Below are positions 34,434 through 36,362 of a DNA stretch of 36,362 bases, in pieces. Location: assembly GCA_031369845.1 (NCBI GenBank), contig JANMPL010000243.1, forward strand, positions 1 through 36,362, in the 5' to 3' direction. A model generated the notes under the pieces. It worked only from the letters and a program-made list of their open reading frames with translations. It made no database searches and was not told the origin of the DNA. Numbering within the stretch: position 1 is the first letter of the stretch; each line of letters starts with the position of its first letter. This DNA is from Chloroflexota bacterium. GTDB lineage: Bacteria > Chloroflexota > Limnocylindria > Limnocylindrales > CSP1-4. Both the position numbers and the translations under genes were made by a program.

Positions 34434-35254
34434 GCCGCGAGCGGAACCCCCTCCTGACGGCCTTTGCGATCGCGGTCTACGCGTTCCTGTTCGCGCCGGT
34501 CGTCGTGCTGATCGTTTTCTCGTTCAACAGCGCCAAACGTGGGCTCGCCTGGAAAGGCTTCACCCTCGACTGGTATCCGACCCTGCTCTCGAACGACGAG
34601 CTCCTCGACGCGCTTGGGGTCACGCTGCAGGTCGCGCTGGTCGCCGTCCTCCTCTCGACCGTCCTGGGCTCGCTCCTCGGGCTGGGGCTCGCACGCATCC
34701 GATTCCGGGGGCGGGCCGCAACAGAAACGCTCCTCCTCGTCCCGATGGTGACTCCCGAGATCGTCATGGGCCTCTCCCTGCTGCTCTTCTTCCTGCAACT
34801 GTTTGACGGTCGCGGCTCCGTTGCCCAGCTCTGGGTCGCCCACATCACGTTCTGCATCTCCTACGTCGCGGTCGTGGTCCGGGCCCGGGCGGCGAACATG
34901 AACCCCGCGCTGGAAGAGGCCGCCCGCGACCTTGGCGCATCCGCCTGGGGAGCGTTTCGATATGTGACGCTGCCGCTGATCGCGCCGGCCGTGCTGGCGG
35001 GGGCGCTGCTCGCCTTCTCGCTCAGCATCGACGACTACGTCGTGACAACGTTCAACGCCGGGGTCGGGAGTTCGACCCTGCCGCTGTACATCTACAGCAA
35101 GGTGAAATTCGGGGTGACGCCCGAGATCAACGCGATCTCGACGATCGTCGTCGCCGGGACGGCGCTCGCGATCCTTGCCGCGTGGCGGCTCGGGGCGTTC
35201 CGCAGCGAGGGGCGGACGGTCATCGACGACGACGAGGGCAAACCTCCGCGCTGA
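34430..35254 (+). CDS. potC: Polyamine ABC transporter permease
   Basis: GTG 34430 overlaps the potB stop (GTGA). EAA loop EEAARDLGASAWGAFRYVTLPLIAP. PotC-like. Confidence 0.9.
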   Translation: MSRERNPLLTAFAIAVYAFLFAPVVVLIVFSFNSAKRGLAWKGFTLDWYPTLLSNDELLDALGVTLQVALVAVLLSTVLGSLLGLGLARIRFRGRAATETLLLVPMVTPEIVMGLSLLLFFLQLFDGRGSVAQLWVAHITFCISYVAVVVRARAANMNPALEEAARDLGASAWGAFRYVTLPLIAPAVLAGALLAFSLSIDDYVVTTFNAGVGSSTLPLYIYSKVKFGVTPEINAISTIVVAGTALAILAAWRLGAFRSEGRTVIDDDEGKPPR

Positions 35255-35371
35255 GCGACTCGGGCCGAGCTGGTCGGACCGGTTGCTGTCGGCACGCCGA
35301 CACGTTCCTGGCGACGCAGCTGCGGGCACTCAGGTGTCTCAGGGCTGAACGGAGTCCGGAGGGCGAGAGAA

Positions 35372-36362
35372 ATGGACCCATCGCTTGCGCGAGTCGCGAC
35401 GACGATCGTTGGCATGATGCTCGTGGCTGCCTGCGGCGAGGCGCCGAGTCCTTCGCCCATCGCGTCGCTGTCGCCATCGCCCCGGGTAGCAGGGTCACCG
35501 TTGGCGTCGCCGGCTTCCTCCAGCATCCCGACCCCCGCGAGCTCGGCTACCGCGCCGACGTCGGCCACGAGTGGATGGCCGTATGCCATGGGAGATGCCG
35601 TGACGGTTCTCGGCCCTGACGGGACGATGTATCTCATGGCAGGCAACAGCCAAGGAGATTACGGCCGGATCGTCATAGCGCTCGACGCGGCAGGGCACAA
35701 CAAGCCGGGCTGGCCGATCGAAGCGCGGCCGGGCTCCGCCTTCGCCACCCTCGCAATGGGTCCCGACGGGTCGGTCTTCCTCGACGAGTGCGGGGGTCCG
35801 GACGTGGGGTGCGCGATCCACCGCCTCGGAGCCGACGGTCGCGAGGTGTCCGGGTGGCCGTTCGACGTCCCGGCGGACTTCGCGTGCCCGGCCGGCGATC
35901 AGTGCTACTCCAGCGGTCTGGACGTCGGACCGAACGGCACGGTGTACGTGACGAGCCGGCGCAGCGACGAACTGCGGCTCATGGCCCTCGACTCCGGTGG
36001 CGACATGATGCCGGGTTGGCCACTCGTCCTCGAAGGCTACGACTGGTCCGAAAAGCAGCTCGGCCCCGACGGGACCGTGTACCTGATCCGACGGCCCTTC
36101 GGGACTCCAACCTACGACCCCTCCGTGGGCGTCATCGACGAGGGTGCCGCGCTGTTTGCCTTCGACCCGAACGGCAAACCGCGCTCGGGTTGGCCTGTGC
36201 CTGTGCCAAACATCGGCCGCTATCTGATCGGGCCACGAGGCGAGGTCGTCGTCTGGTCGTTGCTGAATGACGTCGGGGAACTTTGCTCCAGTCCGCGTCG
36301 GACCCTCTTCACAGTCCTGGGGCCCGATGGCCGGACCGCAAGCGGCTGGCCTCGGGGGTCGA
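35372..36362 (+). CDS. Lipoprotein with beta-propeller-like GPDG...GWP repeats (3' end outside window)
   Basis: Hand-translated from ATG 35372 (GGAGGG 8 nt upstream); open for 330 codons to the window edge. Absent from the track, presumably because no stop is reached. Lipobox MMLVAAC-GEAPS and a Ser/Pro linker. At least 5 repeats each carry GPDG(T/S)(V/M)(Y/F) and xGWPxxx. Confidence 0.65.
   Translation, partial: MDPSLARVATTIVGMMLVAACGEAPSPSPIASLSPSPRVAGSPLASPASSSIPTPASSATAPTSATSGWPYAMGDAVTVLGPDGTMYLMAGNSQGDYGRIVIALDAAGHNKPGWPIEARPGSAFATLAMGPDGSVFLDECGGPDVGCAIHRLGADGREVSGWPFDVPADFACPAGDQCYSSGLDVGPNGTVYVTSRRSDELRLMALDSGGDMMPGWPLVLEGYDWSEKQLGPDGTVYLIRRPFGTPTYDPSVGVIDEGAALFAFDPNGKPRSGWPVPVPNIGRYLIGPRGEVVVWSLLNDVGELCSSPRRTLFTVLGPDGRTASGWPRGS

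Noticed and set aside
35287-35302. The palindrome TGTCGGC-AC-GCCGACA after potC as a terminator.
   Set aside because: A 2-nt loop is sterically impossible. The foldable version is only a 5-bp stem without a U-tract, which is too weak to call.
35788-36270. The 160-aa track ORF near the window end.
   Set aside because: It is Arg-rich with no motifs. The overlapping frame starting at 35372 has an RBS, a lipobox, repeat structure and G/C-biased third positions.
1-36362. A defence island, mobile element or toxin-antitoxin content.
   Set aside because: No integrase, transposase, recombinase, nuclease/helicase/ATPase defence hallmarks, reverse transcriptase or TA-sized gene pairs were seen on either strand. 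The gene content is metabolic, transport and regulatory.

Overview
High-GC window (roughly two-thirds to 70% G+C by eye), densely packed and chromosomal in character. Ni-SOD, an F420-type luciferase-like oxidoreductase, frequent GTG starts, 4-nt start/stop overlaps and leaderless-looking promoters suggest Actinomycetota, or possibly another high-GC Terrabacteria lineage. I support about 31 protein genes of normal size and 3 candidate small ORFs. These include: an alpha-glucan locus (GH57/DUF3536 fragment, GntR regulator, 1064-aa GH13-type enzyme); DUF885 and GNAT; a holin-4/DUF360-lysA-(homocysteine methyltransferase/MTHFR fusion)-TPM/DUF2207 string; a class-V aminotransferase and an NTF2-like protein; a Cys-rich LysM protein; an SPFH protein; a sodN-sodX Ni-superoxide dismutase cassette coupled to a lipoprotein and a SIS protein; an LLM oxidoreductase; marR-MFS; a Rieske protein; a LOG-family protein; a Cys-less ArsC-fold protein; two ACT-type proteins plus xthA; a PT-repeat/SH3 membrane protein; a GGDEF-EAL protein; potADBC; and a 3'-truncated repeat lipoprotein that the ORF track misses. 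I see no rRNA, intact tRNA, CRISPR array, transposase, integrase or recognisable defence, toxin or phage module. I therefore do not find a convincing novel multi-gene system. The points most worth a second look are the unusually long non-coding stretch upstream of sodN, which carries a perfect tRNA T-arm/acceptor remnant; the sodN-sodX overlap; unannotated small membrane ORFs; a Cys-less ArsC-fold protein; an unassigned ACT-plus-Rossmann-like pair; and several unusual operon couplings. All functional calls come from reading motifs in the translations. No database search was run.
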